From assembly GCA_013416795.1 (NCBI GenBank), contig RQSC01000016.1, positions 139,335 through 203,334 of the forward strand: a stretch of 64,000 nt of DNA, in the 5' to 3' direction. Positions 1 to 10,878 of this stretch are shown piece by piece. The stretch's first letter is position 1. Every line of letters starts with the position of its first letter. Source of the DNA: Prasinococcaceae sp. CCMP 1430. Lineage: Eukaryota > Plantae > Prasinodermophyta. The notes below the pieces were generated by a model. It ran no database searches, was not told the DNA's origin, and saw only the letters and a program-made list of their open reading frames with translations. A program made the position numbers and the translations under genes.

Positions 1-2
1 CG

Positions 3-704
3 AGGCGCGCAGCTGGGGCGCGCGGGGCCGCGCTCTCGCGTGCCCGGCCGCAGCTGCGGCGCGCGAAGCCTCGCGCTGCCGCACACGCAGCAGGCGGCAG
101 CGGTGGCGTGGCGCCTGCTGACGAGCTACTCGCCACGGCCCCTGCGGCGAGAGTTGATGCTGCATACCGGGAGCTCTTTGCGGCCACGCCATCGTTCGAT
201 GAGCTCGACGCCATGCAGCGCGAGATGGACGCGCTGCTCTTCGGTGAGCGCGCGCGCCTGCTGCCGCCAGCTACTCCGGCCGCACCGTCGATCCGCGTCG
301 GCGAGCGGCCCGGCCGAGCACTCCTCCCTGCCCCGAGCTATGGCTGGGAGCGTGAGGAGCGCGGTGAGCGAGAGCTGTACGACGCACCAGGCGGCCGCGC
401 GACAGGATACTTGAAAACGTACACCTACGAGAGCGTGCGCGTGTACGGCGGCAGCCAGCATACAAACGGGATCGCGACAATGAGCGCACCAGGCGCGGCT
501 GCAGCAGTGCTTGCGGCCGCAGTAGCAGCGGCGTACGCCGCCACGTGCGCGCGCCTCGTCGCCAATCTCGACCGTACGACGCTCGGAAGCTGGGGGGGCG
601 GCGCGGGTGGCTTGCTCGCCCGTGCGGCCGCCGTGTTGCTGTGGCCTGTGCTCGTGTTCGCGTCGCCACGCTTTCGTCTTCAGTTCGCGCGAGCTATGGC
701 AAAG
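3..704 (+). CDS. Hypothetical protein, 5'-partial, possibly plastid-targeted membrane protein; 3' end unresolved
   Basis: Frame is open from the window start with an Ala/Arg-rich transit-like stretch, then protein-like sequence (GYLKTYTYESVRVYGG...AAAVLLWPVLVFASPRFRLQFARAM). A possible donor AAG|GTGCCC lies at 705. No family recognised. Confidence 0.35.
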
Positions 705-921
705 GTGCCCCTCGGCCGGCCGCACGCGAGGCGTTTCGAACCCCGTTGTTTCGGCCGCCGGCGCGCTCGCGTCCTCTGGATGAAAGAACGCATGCCCGCG
801 GCGCGCGCGGCCGCCGGCATTCCGGCGCCGCGAACCGTCGATTCCAACGGGATTTTGCAGGGTCTGTCCCGGGCCGAGCATCGCTCCGCCCCAGTCAAAA
901 CGAATCCGAAGAGCGCACAGG

Positions 922-994
922 ACCCAAACTCCACACGGCGAAGTTTGGGTGCTGCGTTTGGGTGCTGCGTTTGGGTGCCGTGTTTGGGTGCCGT
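922..994. repeat. Four tandem 13-bp units (GTTTGGGTGCYGY) preceded by an inverted copy of the core
   Basis: Units start at 943, 956, 969 and 982. ACCCAAACT (922-930) is the reverse complement of AGTTTGGGT (942-950). Confidence 0.85.
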
Positions 995-1150
995 GCACGC
1001 GCGCGCGCGCGAGCGCGTGGCGGCACAGCGCGGGCGCAGGGCGGCGGCGGCGCGACGAGGGGGCGGCGCGCGGGAAGGGCAGGCGGTTGCGGGGGCTCGG
1101 GAGAGGCGAGCGCCTGCAGGGAGAAGGAGCGGGGCGGGAATTGGCGCGGG

Positions 1151-2266
1151 ATGGCAGTCGCGGCGGCTGGAGCGCGCGGCGCGCACGCGCACCGCGCGTC
1201 TGTCAGAGGCGGCGGGGGGTTCGGGCTTGCGAGGCGGCAGGCGCGGCGCGTTTCCACCGCTGCGCAACCAGACGCGCCAGGTGCTGAGGCAGGGGGGCGG
1301 GCGGGCGCGGCGAGGAGTGAGCGAGAGGAAGCGAAAGCGCGTCGCTACGCCGCTCCTGCCGCCAAGCGCCGGCCAAGTCGCCCGACGGGCAAGACTGTTG
1401 TCGACGAGCGCGGAAACAAGCACAGCATCGCTCCCAAGGCACTCAAGAAGACGACATGGGTCGCGCCAGAGATGCTCATGTGGGTGCCCATGGAGCGCCC
1501 CGAGTCGATGGAGGAGTACGACGACTTCCGCAGGAGCATGTCCAAGCAGCGGAACTCGCTGCAACGCTACGGCTTCCGCGAGCCCATTGAGGTGTGGGAG
1601 GACTCGCAGAGCGGCAACTACTACGTCGCCCCGCGGCTGTGCTGGCGGCTGTGGGCGGCGGCTGAGGTTGCCGACATCCGCGAGATCCCTGTGCGCATCA
1701 TCGGCCCCGTGCCGTCCAAGTGTCCCGTCCAGCGCTACAAATCATACGTCGAGACCGCCGGAGGGAAGGAGAAGAAAACCAAGGGTGGCCGCGTGTCCAA
1801 GGCGCTCCGCGCCGAGCTCGTCGGCCCGGAGGCCGTCCCACCGGCACCCTCAGAGTTCCAGAACGAGTGGCGGCACACATTTCAGCCGTGGATGCAGCGG
1901 GTGACGGGGGACTTCACAGGAGAAATGCTGTCGCTGCGTGGGCTGCCATTCAAGGCTGATAGGTCGTCCATTGCCCAGTGGGCGGCGGAGGCTGCTGCGG
2001 ACGCGTACGAGGCGAGCGGGGGCGACGCGGACGCGAGCTTCGCTCCACCGCGACCAGACGACGTGTACATTCCGCTGGTGAACGGCAAGCGCAATGGTAG
2101 CGCGTTGGTCCGCTTCCGCTCAAACGCTGATGCGAGGAATGCTCGCGCTGCGCTGCACCGCCGCGACATGGTGGTGGGCAAGCGTTCACGCTACGTTGAG
2201 GCGTTCCCGGCCGCCGAGGACGTCCTCGAGCGCTCAATCGACATGGGCTATGCCTTCTTCGAGTGA
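1151..2266 (+). CDS. ParB/sulfiredoxin-like domain + quasi-RRM protein with putative plastid transit peptide
   Basis: Ala/Arg-rich N-terminus (MAVAAAGARGAHAHRASVRG). ParB-like SLQRYGFREPIEVWEDSQSGNYYV...RLWAAAEVADIREIPVRII. hnRNP-F/H-type qRRM LRGLPF...VYIPLVNGKRNGSALVRF...RYVEAF. TGTAA at 2287 follows the stop. Confidence 0.75.
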   Translation: MAVAAAGARGAHAHRASVRGGGGFGLARRQARRVSTAAQPDAPGAEAGGRAGAARSEREEAKARRYAAPAAKRRPSRPTGKTVVDERGNKHSIAPKALKKTTWVAPEMLMWVPMERPESMEEYDDFRRSMSKQRNSLQRYGFREPIEVWEDSQSGNYYVAPRLCWRLWAAAEVADIREIPVRIIGPVPSKCPVQRYKSYVETAGGKEKKTKGGRVSKALRAELVGPEAVPPAPSEFQNEWRHTFQPWMQRVTGDFTGEMLSLRGLPFKADRSSIAQWAAEAAADAYEASGGDADASFAPPRPDDVYIPLVNGKRNGSALVRFRSNADARNARAALHRRDMVVGKRSRYVEAFPAAEDVLERSIDMGYAFFE

Positions 2267-2286
2267 TTGGCGTTCACACAGCGTAC

Positions 2287-2318
2287 TGTAACAGCAGTGA
2301 GAGAAAATGTATTTTACA
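2287..2318. terminator. Back-to-back TGTAA poly(A)-type signals of two convergent genes
   Basis: TGTAA on + at 2287-2291 and TTACA (TGTAA on -) at 2314-2318. The same signal follows LTV1 (10513), AMT (14049) and Rab18 (47295). UGUAA is the established chlorophyte signal. Confidence 0.6.
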
Positions 2319-2450
2319 GTGCAATGCGAGCACGCTCAGTGCGGGAGCTTTTCCCACAACGAGCCGCGTGGGTGCATTTGCAGGGTTTGCACGTGTCGAG
2401 GAGCGCCTGCCAGCGGCGAATTCGGCACAGGCAACGCACATGCTCCGGTC

Positions 2451-3739
2451 TCAGCAGAGCTCGCCCCTCGCCACGTGGACGGTGGTTCCGTCCTCGTCTG
2501 CGTAAACGATGAAGTCTGTGCGGAGGTCCAGGTCGACGAGCACCGCCGCAAATGCCCTCGCAGCCATCTGCCCGAAGGCGTTTCCCCATAGGGCGAGGTG
2601 TTGCACATTGGTCTCAACTTCGGCAAGCGAGAGTGCCAGCTCACACAATCCCCGGTCGTTGATGCCTGCACAAAGAGACGGGCACACGGCAATGATAGGC
2701 ATAGAGTCAGATGGCATGCGTCGTATCGACACACCGGGCGCACGTGCGCACAGGGTACTAAGGCTACGTATGATGTGCACTCACGCGCCTACTCACTGTT
2801 GTTGCAGAGCTCGAGCCAGGAGAGGTTGGTGTTGTGGTGCAGACCTGCTGCGATTGCGGCCGCGCCGCCGTCGCCCAGGCGGTTGTTCGACAGGCAGAGC
2901 TCCTCGAGCGAAGGACAGTGTGTGAGCAGCCTCTCCAGTGCGGGCGCGCATGCGCTTGTGAGGCGGTTGCAGCGCAGGTCGAGCACGGTGAGCGTCTCGT
3001 TGCGCACGAGGCCGTAATCAACCAGCGTAGAGAGCCCGCTGTCGTCAATTGAAAGCTTCCCCATGCGTAGGTGCAGCAGCGTTGTGTTGCGCGCCAGCGC
3101 CGCAGCGAAGTGCTGCGCCACATCGTCGTGGCGGCGCACGCGCGCATTCTCCAGCGCAATGCTCTTGAGTGTGGCCTTGGGGCTGCCGAGCGCCGCGACG
3201 ATAGACACAAGCGCGCGCATGCTAAGCTCGGTGTCGGAGAGATTGAGCAGCTGCAGCGTGTCGTTGCACTCCAGCATCTCTGCCACCGCACGCCCACCGT
3301 CGTCTTCCAGTGGGTTGCAACTCAGGTCCATGAAGAGGATGCCCCCGCCACCACCACCCTCGCTGCTGAGTGCGGCGCACAGCGCCGCGCATCCACCGGG
3401 CCCAATTTGGTTGCCGCATAAGTTGAGCTCCTTAAGCGATGAGTTCTCGCGTAGCATCACACTCAGCGACTCCGCGCCTTCATCGTCCACCTTGTTGTAG
3501 CTCAGGTCGAGGAGCTCAACATCTTTTCTTTTGCACAGCAGGCTCGCGACTGCCGCAGCCTCGGCTGCGCCCGCGCGCTCGTCGAACATCTCCGGCGTGT
3601 TACCCGCAAGCTTGACCTCATGCAGGGCGTGCACCTCGTTACGGTCCACGCGCTCGAGCTCGCTCAAAATCGGAGCGAGCACACGCGCGCTCTGCTCGGC
3701 ACAGCATTCCTTGTACTGCTGTGCCAGGCTGTCGCCCAT
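2451..3739 (-). CDS. LRRC34: Leucine-rich repeat protein (RNI-like), LRRC34-like
   Basis: Repeated LxxLxLxxNxIgxxG units and C-terminal LRTDFIVYADEDGTTVHVARGEL. Exons 3739-2797 and 2665-2451 (GTGAGT...GCAG intron) join in frame as NNS|INDRGL. Confidence 0.75.
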
Positions 3740-4528
3740 GGCGTCGCCTTCGTCGCGCGGTGCGCCTCCGACGCCCGAGGTGCGCGGCCGCCGCCTGCGC
3801 GACCTCTGCCGCCTCAGCTCCACACGAGCTCAGCCACGCTGTCCGCGAGGCAGCCCTTGGCCCGCCGCCCGCCTCACCACACCTCACTGCGTGCATCCCG
3901 CTCCGGCACCAGAGGCCCTTCCAGTGCGCACGCGCGCCGGCCGGCGCTGCGCCCCTCCCCCGCGCAAGGCCTATCCCCTTTCCCCTCATGCCATTTCCGC
4001 CCGGCGCTGTTCCCTGGCCCCCCGGCCGCTGTGCTCCGAATCGGGTTCCCCCGGGGATCGCGGCAATTTCACGCGCGGCTCCGCGGTTTTGGTTTTGCAC
4101 GCATGTATTCGAACTGCAGGGACGATTCGGCGGAATACACGTTGGCGGCACGCTGACCAGCGGGGAGGGGAGGTGGGCCGGGCGGGGATGCGGGGTGCGC
4201 ACGTGGGCCGGAACGGGGAGAAGCACTGGGCGCGCCAGGGAGAGGGGACGCCGCGCTGGACAGTGCCACAGCGCGGCTGCGGCGCAGGCGTGCGGCGCGG
4301 CGCCCTGCGACAGAGCAGGCGGCGCGCCCTGGGCTCGCCTGGCGCGCCTGCGCCCGCTCGCCCGCTCTCGCACGCGGCTGCTCGGCGGCGGAGGTTGGCG
4401 CAGCGGCGGCACGCGGCGGCGTGGCGGTGCACGCACGGGGTCGGACGCGAGTGCGAGCGGCGAGCTCAGCTTTTTAGGCCTGGGAGTAGCACAAATCCCA
4501 TCCCTGACACGTCCCGACGCCGCCCACC

Positions 4529-4840
4529 ATGGCGGACACCGTTCCTGCTGATCGCGAGGCCTTCCTCAAGATGGCCAAGTACGCGTTGGTCAAGCACAGC
4601 GACATGATCGAGGAGATGCGTGTGGAGGCAGTCGAGTTCGTCATCAGCGCCGTCGAGAAACACGGCAACAACTACGAGCTCGCCGCCAAGTCTATCAAGG
4701 ATCAGATGGACAAGAAGTTTGGCGCGCCGTGGCACTGTGTGGTGGGACAGAACTTCGCGTTCGAGGTCACGCACGAGGTCAAGAACATGCTCTACGTCTA
4801 TGCAGCGGGCACGACGGCCGCCTGCATCTGGAAGGGCTGA
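4529..4840 (+). CDS. DNAL4: Axonemal dynein light chain 4 (LC10-like, LC8 family)
   Basis: LVKHSDMIEEMRVEA...MDKKFGAPWHCVVG..FEVTHEVKNMLY matches the DNAL4/LC10 pattern. Confidence 0.9.
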   Translation: MADTVPADREAFLKMAKYALVKHSDMIEEMRVEAVEFVISAVEKHGNNYELAAKSIKDQMDKKFGAPWHCVVGQNFAFEVTHEVKNMLYVYAAGTTAACIWKG

Positions 4841-4989
4841 GCGCGGCCATTGTGCGCACGCGAGCGCGGCGCATGCGACGCGAAGGCACAGCTGCGTGCG
4901 CGCGCTCGTAGCGTGTACAGTAAGTACGGCAAGGACAACCATGAAGTACAGTATGGGGCGCTGGCCGCCCGGGGCCAGCAATTCCCCAG

Positions 4990-5001
4990 TTAGGGTTAGG
5001 G
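4990..5001 (+). promoter_or_regulatory. Telomere-like (telo-box-like) motif TTAGGGTTAGGG upstream of snurportin
   Basis: Two perfect TTAGGG units about 245 bp upstream of the ATG at 5245. Confidence 0.4.
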
Positions 5002-5244
5002 TCCGCATGCAAAATTCGATACGTCCAGGCTTGGGGGGCGTACGGCGCCGTCCCCCCGTGCGTGCGTGTGCATACGCGAGGGACACCACTTGCGCCACAC
5101 GCAGCAGACTTGCGCGCGGTCAACCCCATGCGCGGGGCCGCCGCCGCGCGCGCCGCGGCGGCGGCCGCCGCTCTCGCCGTGCTCGCGCCAACGCNGGGGG
5201 GGGGGGGGGGGGCGGGGGGGGAGGGGGGGGGGCGCCTGCGCCTT

Positions 5245-6594
5245 ATGGGTGCGCATGGCGACGACCCCAGCTCTGGCAGGCGCACCCACAAGCCATGCCC
5301 CATGTTTGGCCAGGCGGACCGCCGCGCTGCCGCGCTCGAGCGTCAGCGCAAGCGGCGGCGCGACCTGACCGAGCACGCACGGCAGCTGGCGAGCGCGGCA
5401 GCGGACGGGGGCTCCGACGAGGGTGCTGGCAATCAGCAGCAGGCCCCATTCGATGCGCCGGCTGCGGGGGGCGCGAGCGACGAGGCAGTGGCCAGGACTG
5501 CGTCTACCACGGATGGCATGGACGTGGCGGCGGACGGGCCATCTGGCAGCTCTTCGACTGGCCACACACGCCTGGGCGACGGCGGCGGGCGAAATGGCGG
5601 CGCGGCATTCTATGCGGCTCAGCTCATGAGCCCCGAGTGGCTGCTGTCAGTTCCCTTTGATCTAGCGAGCGCGTGGATTGTGTCGCCACGACCCGAGGGC
5701 CGCCGCATGCTGCTGGTGGCCGCGGGCGGCACGACAATCGCCCGCACGCGGGTGGGCAAGGCCACGCTTAGGCATGCATCGGCCTTGCCCGGCGGGCGGC
5801 GTGGCGGTGGTCGCGCACCTGCGGACGCGTTCTCCATCCTGGACTGCGTATTCCACGAGCCCACGCAGACGTACTTCGTGCTGGACTGCATGTGCTGGAA
5901 GGGCTACTCGCTCTACGATTGCGCGTACGAGTTCCGCAGGTGGTGGCTGCAGCAGAAGCTCGAGGAGATCGGCGCGGCGATACTGGAGCGCGACCCGCAG
6001 AGAAACAAGTACCCGATCGTGGCAACACCCATGTACGCAGCAGACAGCGCAGGACTTGCTGCCGCGAGGAGTCACGCCTTCGGTGCGAACCTGCCGCATC
6101 CGCAGGGGCGCGACGGCATCCTGCTCGTTCATCGAGAGGCGCACTACGAGCTCGGGCAGACCGAGCTTGCGCTTTTGTGGAAAGACGCGCATTGCAGCTC
6201 GTACCTCGTCGACACCGACGCGGAGGGGAATGTGCCAAAGGCGCAGTTTGTGGCGCTGCGATACCGCGCCGCGGATGGCGCGTGCGTCACTCGCGATGCG
6301 CCGGAGCCGACAGCGCTCACGCGCCTGCCCCAGACCTTCATCGACGCGCACGCTAGCTCGTTGCGTGACGGTATGCTGCTGCGCTTCGTCGTCGGCGCAG
6401 GTGGTATCGACGACCTCAAATACTACGGGCCCGGAAAGCGCGGCCGGCAGCCCGATTTCCTGTCAAAGATCTTGTACCAGCGGGCAGTGTACGAGGGCCG
6501 GGCGATCGCCTTCGAGACGCTCTGCGCGCCGGCTGCGAACGATGTGGCGACACATGCTCCCGAGCCAGGGCCGACGCAGACCCAGCAGAGTTAG
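5245..6594 (+). CDS. SNUPN: Snurportin-1 (m3G-cap-binding snRNP import adaptor)
   Basis: IBB-like RRDLTEHARQLA; QLMSPEWL...PRPEGRRMLLVA...ILDCVFHE..TYFVLDCMCWKG..LYDC.YEFRRWW. The start codon is uncertain because of the polyG/N at 5195-5230. Confidence 0.9.
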   Translation: MGAHGDDPSSGRRTHKPCPMFGQADRRAAALERQRKRRRDLTEHARQLASAAADGGSDEGAGNQQQAPFDAPAAGGASDEAVARTASTTDGMDVAADGPSGSSSTGHTRLGDGGGRNGGAAFYAAQLMSPEWLLSVPFDLASAWIVSPRPEGRRMLLVAAGGTTIARTRVGKATLRHASALPGGRRGGGRAPADAFSILDCVFHEPTQTYFVLDCMCWKGYSLYDCAYEFRRWWLQQKLEEIGAAILERDPQRNKYPIVATPMYAADSAGLAAARSHAFGANLPHPQGRDGILLVHREAHYELGQTELALLWKDAHCSSYLVDTDAEGNVPKAQFVALRYRAADGACVTRDAPEPTALTRLPQTFIDAHASSLRDGMLLRFVVGAGGIDDLKYYGPGKRGRQPDFLSKILYQRAVYEGRAIAFETLCAPAANDVATHAPEPGPTQTQQS

Positions 6595-6963
6595 CAAGAG
6601 GTCTCGGCGGTGCGCAGGGGCGATGTTCGCGCGCCACCATGTGTAGCAAATGTGACATACTTGTACTTTGGCACCTCGTATGCAGGGTGAGACAGCTAGC
6701 ACAGATCACTCGGCGCGCAGGCAGGCGTTGGAAACCTCCTGTCGCGCTCCGCGCGTCGTTGATCGCGTGCCGCAGGCAAAGCACACAGGACTCTCCGCTA
6801 GAAACGCAGCTAGGGAGAGCCGCGCATGCTGCAGCGCGTCCTCGGCAATGGTGGTAGTGTACACGCTCACATTTATGGGATCCAACGTTGTGTGCAGGTG
6901 CCTCGCCATGCAGCGAGCGTCAATGTCACGATGGTGTACTGGTAAGAGGCAATCGCCGTATCC

Positions 6964-8140
6964 TCACCCGCTTCGTTGGCGATCAGCCGTCACCGCGTGA
7001 AACACGCCCCACCTGCAACAAGCGCCAGCGCGGAGCGCGCGCGCGTCAGCACAAGTGCCATCAACGGGGAGAGTGGGCGGGCCAACACACAGAGCGGTCG
7101 CAATGAAATCGCGGGCCGCTGGCGGGCTCTGCCACGCGTGGTTGCGATCCCCGCCACTTGCAGCGCGGAGCTGCGGACGCCAGCACGCACCAGACATCCT
7201 TGCTATCCGCGTAACTTCCGGGCTTGACCTTGAAGACGCGAGCGAGGTCCTCCTCATCATTATTGTCGACGATGCGCTGGGTCTCCTCGACTGCGTTGGC
7301 CGTGATAGACCTAAACTTGGCGAGGAGCTCGGTGAAGCGCTTTTCGCGTTCCGGCTCGGACAATGGCGGTAGGAACAGTGGTGGCGACCGCGGCGCTCGA
7401 CTTGACGATGAGCGTTTCGGTTTGGGCTGCGCGGAGGAATTGCCGTTCGCACTTCCTCGGCCGCTCCTGCTGCGCGACGACGACTTCGATGAAGTCCTTG
7501 CCCTGGCCGTCGCCCGCCCCCTTGGCGGCTCGCGCCTTTGCTGCTGCCGCGGGGGGGGTTGCACAAACTGTGTCGGCGCTGGCTGCCTGCGGTCTTGCTG
7601 ACCCTGCGGATGTGCGTGCTGCCTCATCTGTGGCGCCCCAGCCATCCCCGGCATGCTCGCCATCGGTTGCTGCCCGGGCAGCGGAAACGCGGTCGTCGCC
7701 GCCTCCCTCTGCATGCGCGACTGCTCCTCCGCGAACAGCTCCTCGAAGACGGACGCGGGCAGAGAGAGCCCTCCGAACACGTCACCCCCGGCGCCATTGG
7801 CAACCCCGTTGCCCATGGCCGTTGCCGCGCCCGCCCCCGCTCCGGCGCCATTCGCGCCCCGGCCAGAATCTCGCGCTTTGCCTTCGTCGTCCGAGTCGGC
7901 GCGCAGATCGACGAACTGGGGGTGCCCCTTCTTCCCGTTCTTGGCGCGCTTGGCGGCGCGGCTGGCCTCCGCCGCCGCACGCTGCTGCGCCTCGCGCTTC
8001 CCCTTGCCCCTCGCCGCCTCAGTGCTGCGGGGATCGTCCAGGTCGATGAGGTCGCCGTTCTCGATTGCCGCCCGCAGTTTGCGCTCCTCCACCTGGTGCG
8101 TGTCGAGCTGCGCCTCGATCACGCAGTCTTCGGCCTGCAT
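6964..8140 (-). CDS. Hypothetical protein (charged, low-complexity)
   Basis: ORF starts MQAEDCVIEAQLDTHQVEERKL. A probable intron 7190-7013 (GTGCGT...CTGAC...TTGCAG) gives the C-terminus KDVWWGVFHAVTADRQRSG*. No family recognised. Confidence 0.5.
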
Positions 8141-8679
8141 CGCGCCCCGCCGGGGAGGTGCCGCGGGCGGGGGCGCGCGGCTCGGCGGCCCTCCCCGCGC
8201 GGCCGATCGGCGCCGCGCACCGCGCACNNNNNNNNNNNNNNNNNNNNNNNNNNNNNNNNNNNNNNNNNNNNNNNNNNNNNNNNNNNNNNNNNNNNNNNNN
8301 NNNNNNNNNNNNNNNNNNNNNNNNNNNNNNNNNNNNNNNNNNNNNNNNNNNNNNNNNNNNNNNNNNNNNNNNNNNNNNNNNNNNNNNNNNNNNNNNNNNN
8401 NNNNNNNNNNNNNNNNNNNNNNNNNNNNNNNNNNNNNNNNNNNNNNNNNNNNNNNNNNNNNNNNNNNNNNNNNNNNNNNNNNNNNNNNNNNNNNNNNNNN
8501 NNNNNNNNNNNNNNNNNNNNNNNNNNNNNNNNNNNNNNNNNNNNNNNNNNNNNNNNNNNNNNNNNNNNNNNNNNNNNNNNNNNNNNNNNNNNNNNNNNNN
8601 NNNNNNNNNNNNNNNNNNNNNNNNNNNNNNCGCGCGCGCAGCGGCGCGCGCCGCACGCGCCCTCGCGGCGGCGCGCGCC

Positions 8680-10443
8680 ATGCCGCGCAAGAAGACACCC
8701 TTCATCGACAAGAAAACGGCCGACCGCTTCACGCTCGTCTTCGTGTCGGACGGAGAGAGCAGCGACGACGAGCCCGACCGCGCGGGCGACGCGGGTGCAG
8801 GGCCGAGCGGCAGTGGCGGCGGCAGTGGGCTCGGGCTGGCCCCCGCGAGCCAGGTGGGCAAGCACACCGTGCGTGGCCAGCACGGCGGCAACGGCGGCGG
8901 CGGCGATGCTGGCGCCGGCGGCCCGCCCATCCCCCCGCACATGCTCGCGCCGCCGTGGTGGGCAGGCATGGGTGGCGGCGGCGAGTCGCAGCTGGGCGAG
9001 AGCAAGCGGCGCGAAATTGTCGAGCTGGGCCTCCCCGACGACGGCTATGACTACACCAAGCACATGCGCAAGATGCACACCCAGGTGCCGATGGGCGCGG
9101 CACCCGACTCCCAAGTCGTACAGGACGCCGCCGTCGAGGGTGGAGCGGTCGCGTTCGTGCCTGCCAAGGAAGTCAACAACCAACTCGAGGCTGACAAGAA
9201 GGTATACGACGCGCGGGGGCGCGCCATCGAGGGGGCCAAGCCCTCCAAGGCCATGGAGGCCATTTTCGACGAGGTGGGCTCGCAGGCGGGCTCGGACGTG
9301 GGCGAGCTCGAGGACGACTTCGTCGCCATGGCACTCGCCGGCGGGCCCGCGCCAGGCGAGGAAGATGTAGACGAGGAGGAGGAGCTCATGCGCGCGCTCG
9401 GGCTCACAAAGCGAAAGGATGACGAGGACGACGACTACGACGACGACTACGCCGCCCTCGAGGGCGAGGCCACGGAGCGCGCTGAGCGCTCCGCCGCCTT
9501 GCAGATCATGGAGGAGCAGTTCGCCGCGCTAGAGGCCGAATATGACGACGACGACATCGGCGAGCTGGACGAGGATGACGCGGCGGTGCGAGGTGATAAG
9601 ACACTGGAGGACTTCGCCGAGCTTCTCGAGGGGGGTGGCCTGCTCGAGGTCAAGCGCGATGAGTACGACCCCTCCTTGGGCGAGACACTCAAGTGGGGCG
9701 TGAAGTATGAGCAGAACGTGGAAAGCGACCTAAAGGTGCGCGCTTCTTGCGGTCGCCGCGCTGCCGGGCAGTGTCCTCGCTTGCCTGGAGTCATGCGGCT
9801 AGTCACTCTGCAAGTGCCGACTCCGCGAGGGCTGACCTGTTTCTTGCCCGGGCGCGCTCTCGCGCTCTGTGCGTGCGCGCGCGTTCACGCGTGCCCGCAG
9901 GCGAAAATCGCCGCCCTAGCGGAGAAGGCGGACGAGGCTCCCGCGCCAACCGACACCGAACTCGCGCCCGTGCGGGCATTCAGGGAGCACTGGGACTGTG
10001 AGACCATCGTGAGCACCTACACCAACACCGAAAACCATCCCAGCGTCATCGACTTGGCCCCCGCCGACCGCCAGCCCAAGATGGTGGGCGACGCGGGGAC
10101 GAAGGGCGCGCGCGCGGCGCTTCCAGGCGTGCTGCGGCTGGACGCTCGGGGCATGCCCATCATGTCGGACGGGAGCGGAGCTGCGGGCGTGCGCCGCGGC
10201 AGGATCGAGCGCATTGACGAATGCGACGATGAGGAAGGCGAGGCCGGAGAGCCCAAGAGCCTCAACAAGAGCCACAAGGGGGAGAGTGCCGAGGAGAAAA
10301 AAGCGCGCAAGGCGGCGGTCAAGGCGGCGCAGCGCGAGGCGAGAGCGCTCAAGAAGGAGTACAAGAACGCCTTCAAGAAGGAGTCCGCGCGACAGAACAA
10401 GAGCCGCTCAAACCAGGGTTCTGCCTCCACCACTGTACTCTGA
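8680..10443 (+). CDS. LTV1: LTV1 40S ribosome biogenesis factor
   Basis: MPRKKTPFIDKKTADRFTLV; ELGLPDDGYDYTKHMR; WDCETIVSTYTNTENHPSVI; KKARKAAVK..QRE.R..KK. Intron 9736-9900; TGTAA at 10513. Confidence 0.9.
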   Translation: MPRKKTPFIDKKTADRFTLVFVSDGESSDDEPDRAGDAGAGPSGSGGGSGLGLAPASQVGKHTVRGQHGGNGGGGDAGAGGPPIPPHMLAPPWWAGMGGGGESQLGESKRREIVELGLPDDGYDYTKHMRKMHTQVPMGAAPDSQVVQDAAVEGGAVAFVPAKEVNNQLEADKKVYDARGRAIEGAKPSKAMEAIFDEVGSQAGSDVGELEDDFVAMALAGGPAPGEEDVDEEEELMRALGLTKRKDDEDDDYDDDYAALEGEATERAERSAALQIMEEQFAALEAEYDDDDIGELDEDDAAVRGDKTLEDFAELLEGGGLLEVKRDEYDPSLGETLKWGVKYEQNVESDLKVRASCGRRAAGQCPRLPGVMRLVTLQVPTPRGLTCFLPGRALALCACARVHACPQAKIAALAEKADEAPAPTDTELAPVRAFREHWDCETIVSTYTNTENHPSVIDLAPADRQPKMVGDAGTKGARAALPGVLRLDARGMPIMSDGSGAAGVRRGRIERIDECDDEEGEAGEPKSLNKSHKGESAEEKKARKAAVKAAQREARALKKEYKNAFKKESARQNKSRSNQGSASTTVL

Positions 10444-10878
10444 CCGCTCCCAGCGGCTGTAGCGAGGCCAGCCGCGTGCGCGCCCATCCGCCCGTGCCGG
10501 CCGTGCACCCACTGTAACATCACATGTGCCACAGCGTCGCCCGCCACCAGAGGCCGCGTGCGGCGCGATGGGGGCATGCCCCGACACCCGCGCGCGGGCC
10601 AGCGCGGTGGCGCCGCAAATCACGCGTCGTGAGCGCTGGGGCACTTGTGTCCGCAAGCCACCCAACCCCATGCGCCTACAGCGTGCGCGCATGCGCACGC
10701 GCGAGCGCGCGAGCGCATCATCACGCCTCTAGCACGCTGGCGCACACATTGCCTCCCATGCCACCCTCTCGCCACTGTGCGCCTCGCGCCTCCGTCGTCG
10801 TACGCTACACCTTCTTATTCGCTACGCTGCCGCTGCCCGCCACCCGCCCGTGCTGCTGCCCCGCCTCCCCCACCCAGC

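Noticed and set aside
922-994. CRISPR-like array
   Set aside because: The units are contiguous 13-mers without spacers, there are no cas genes, and the context is eukaryotic.
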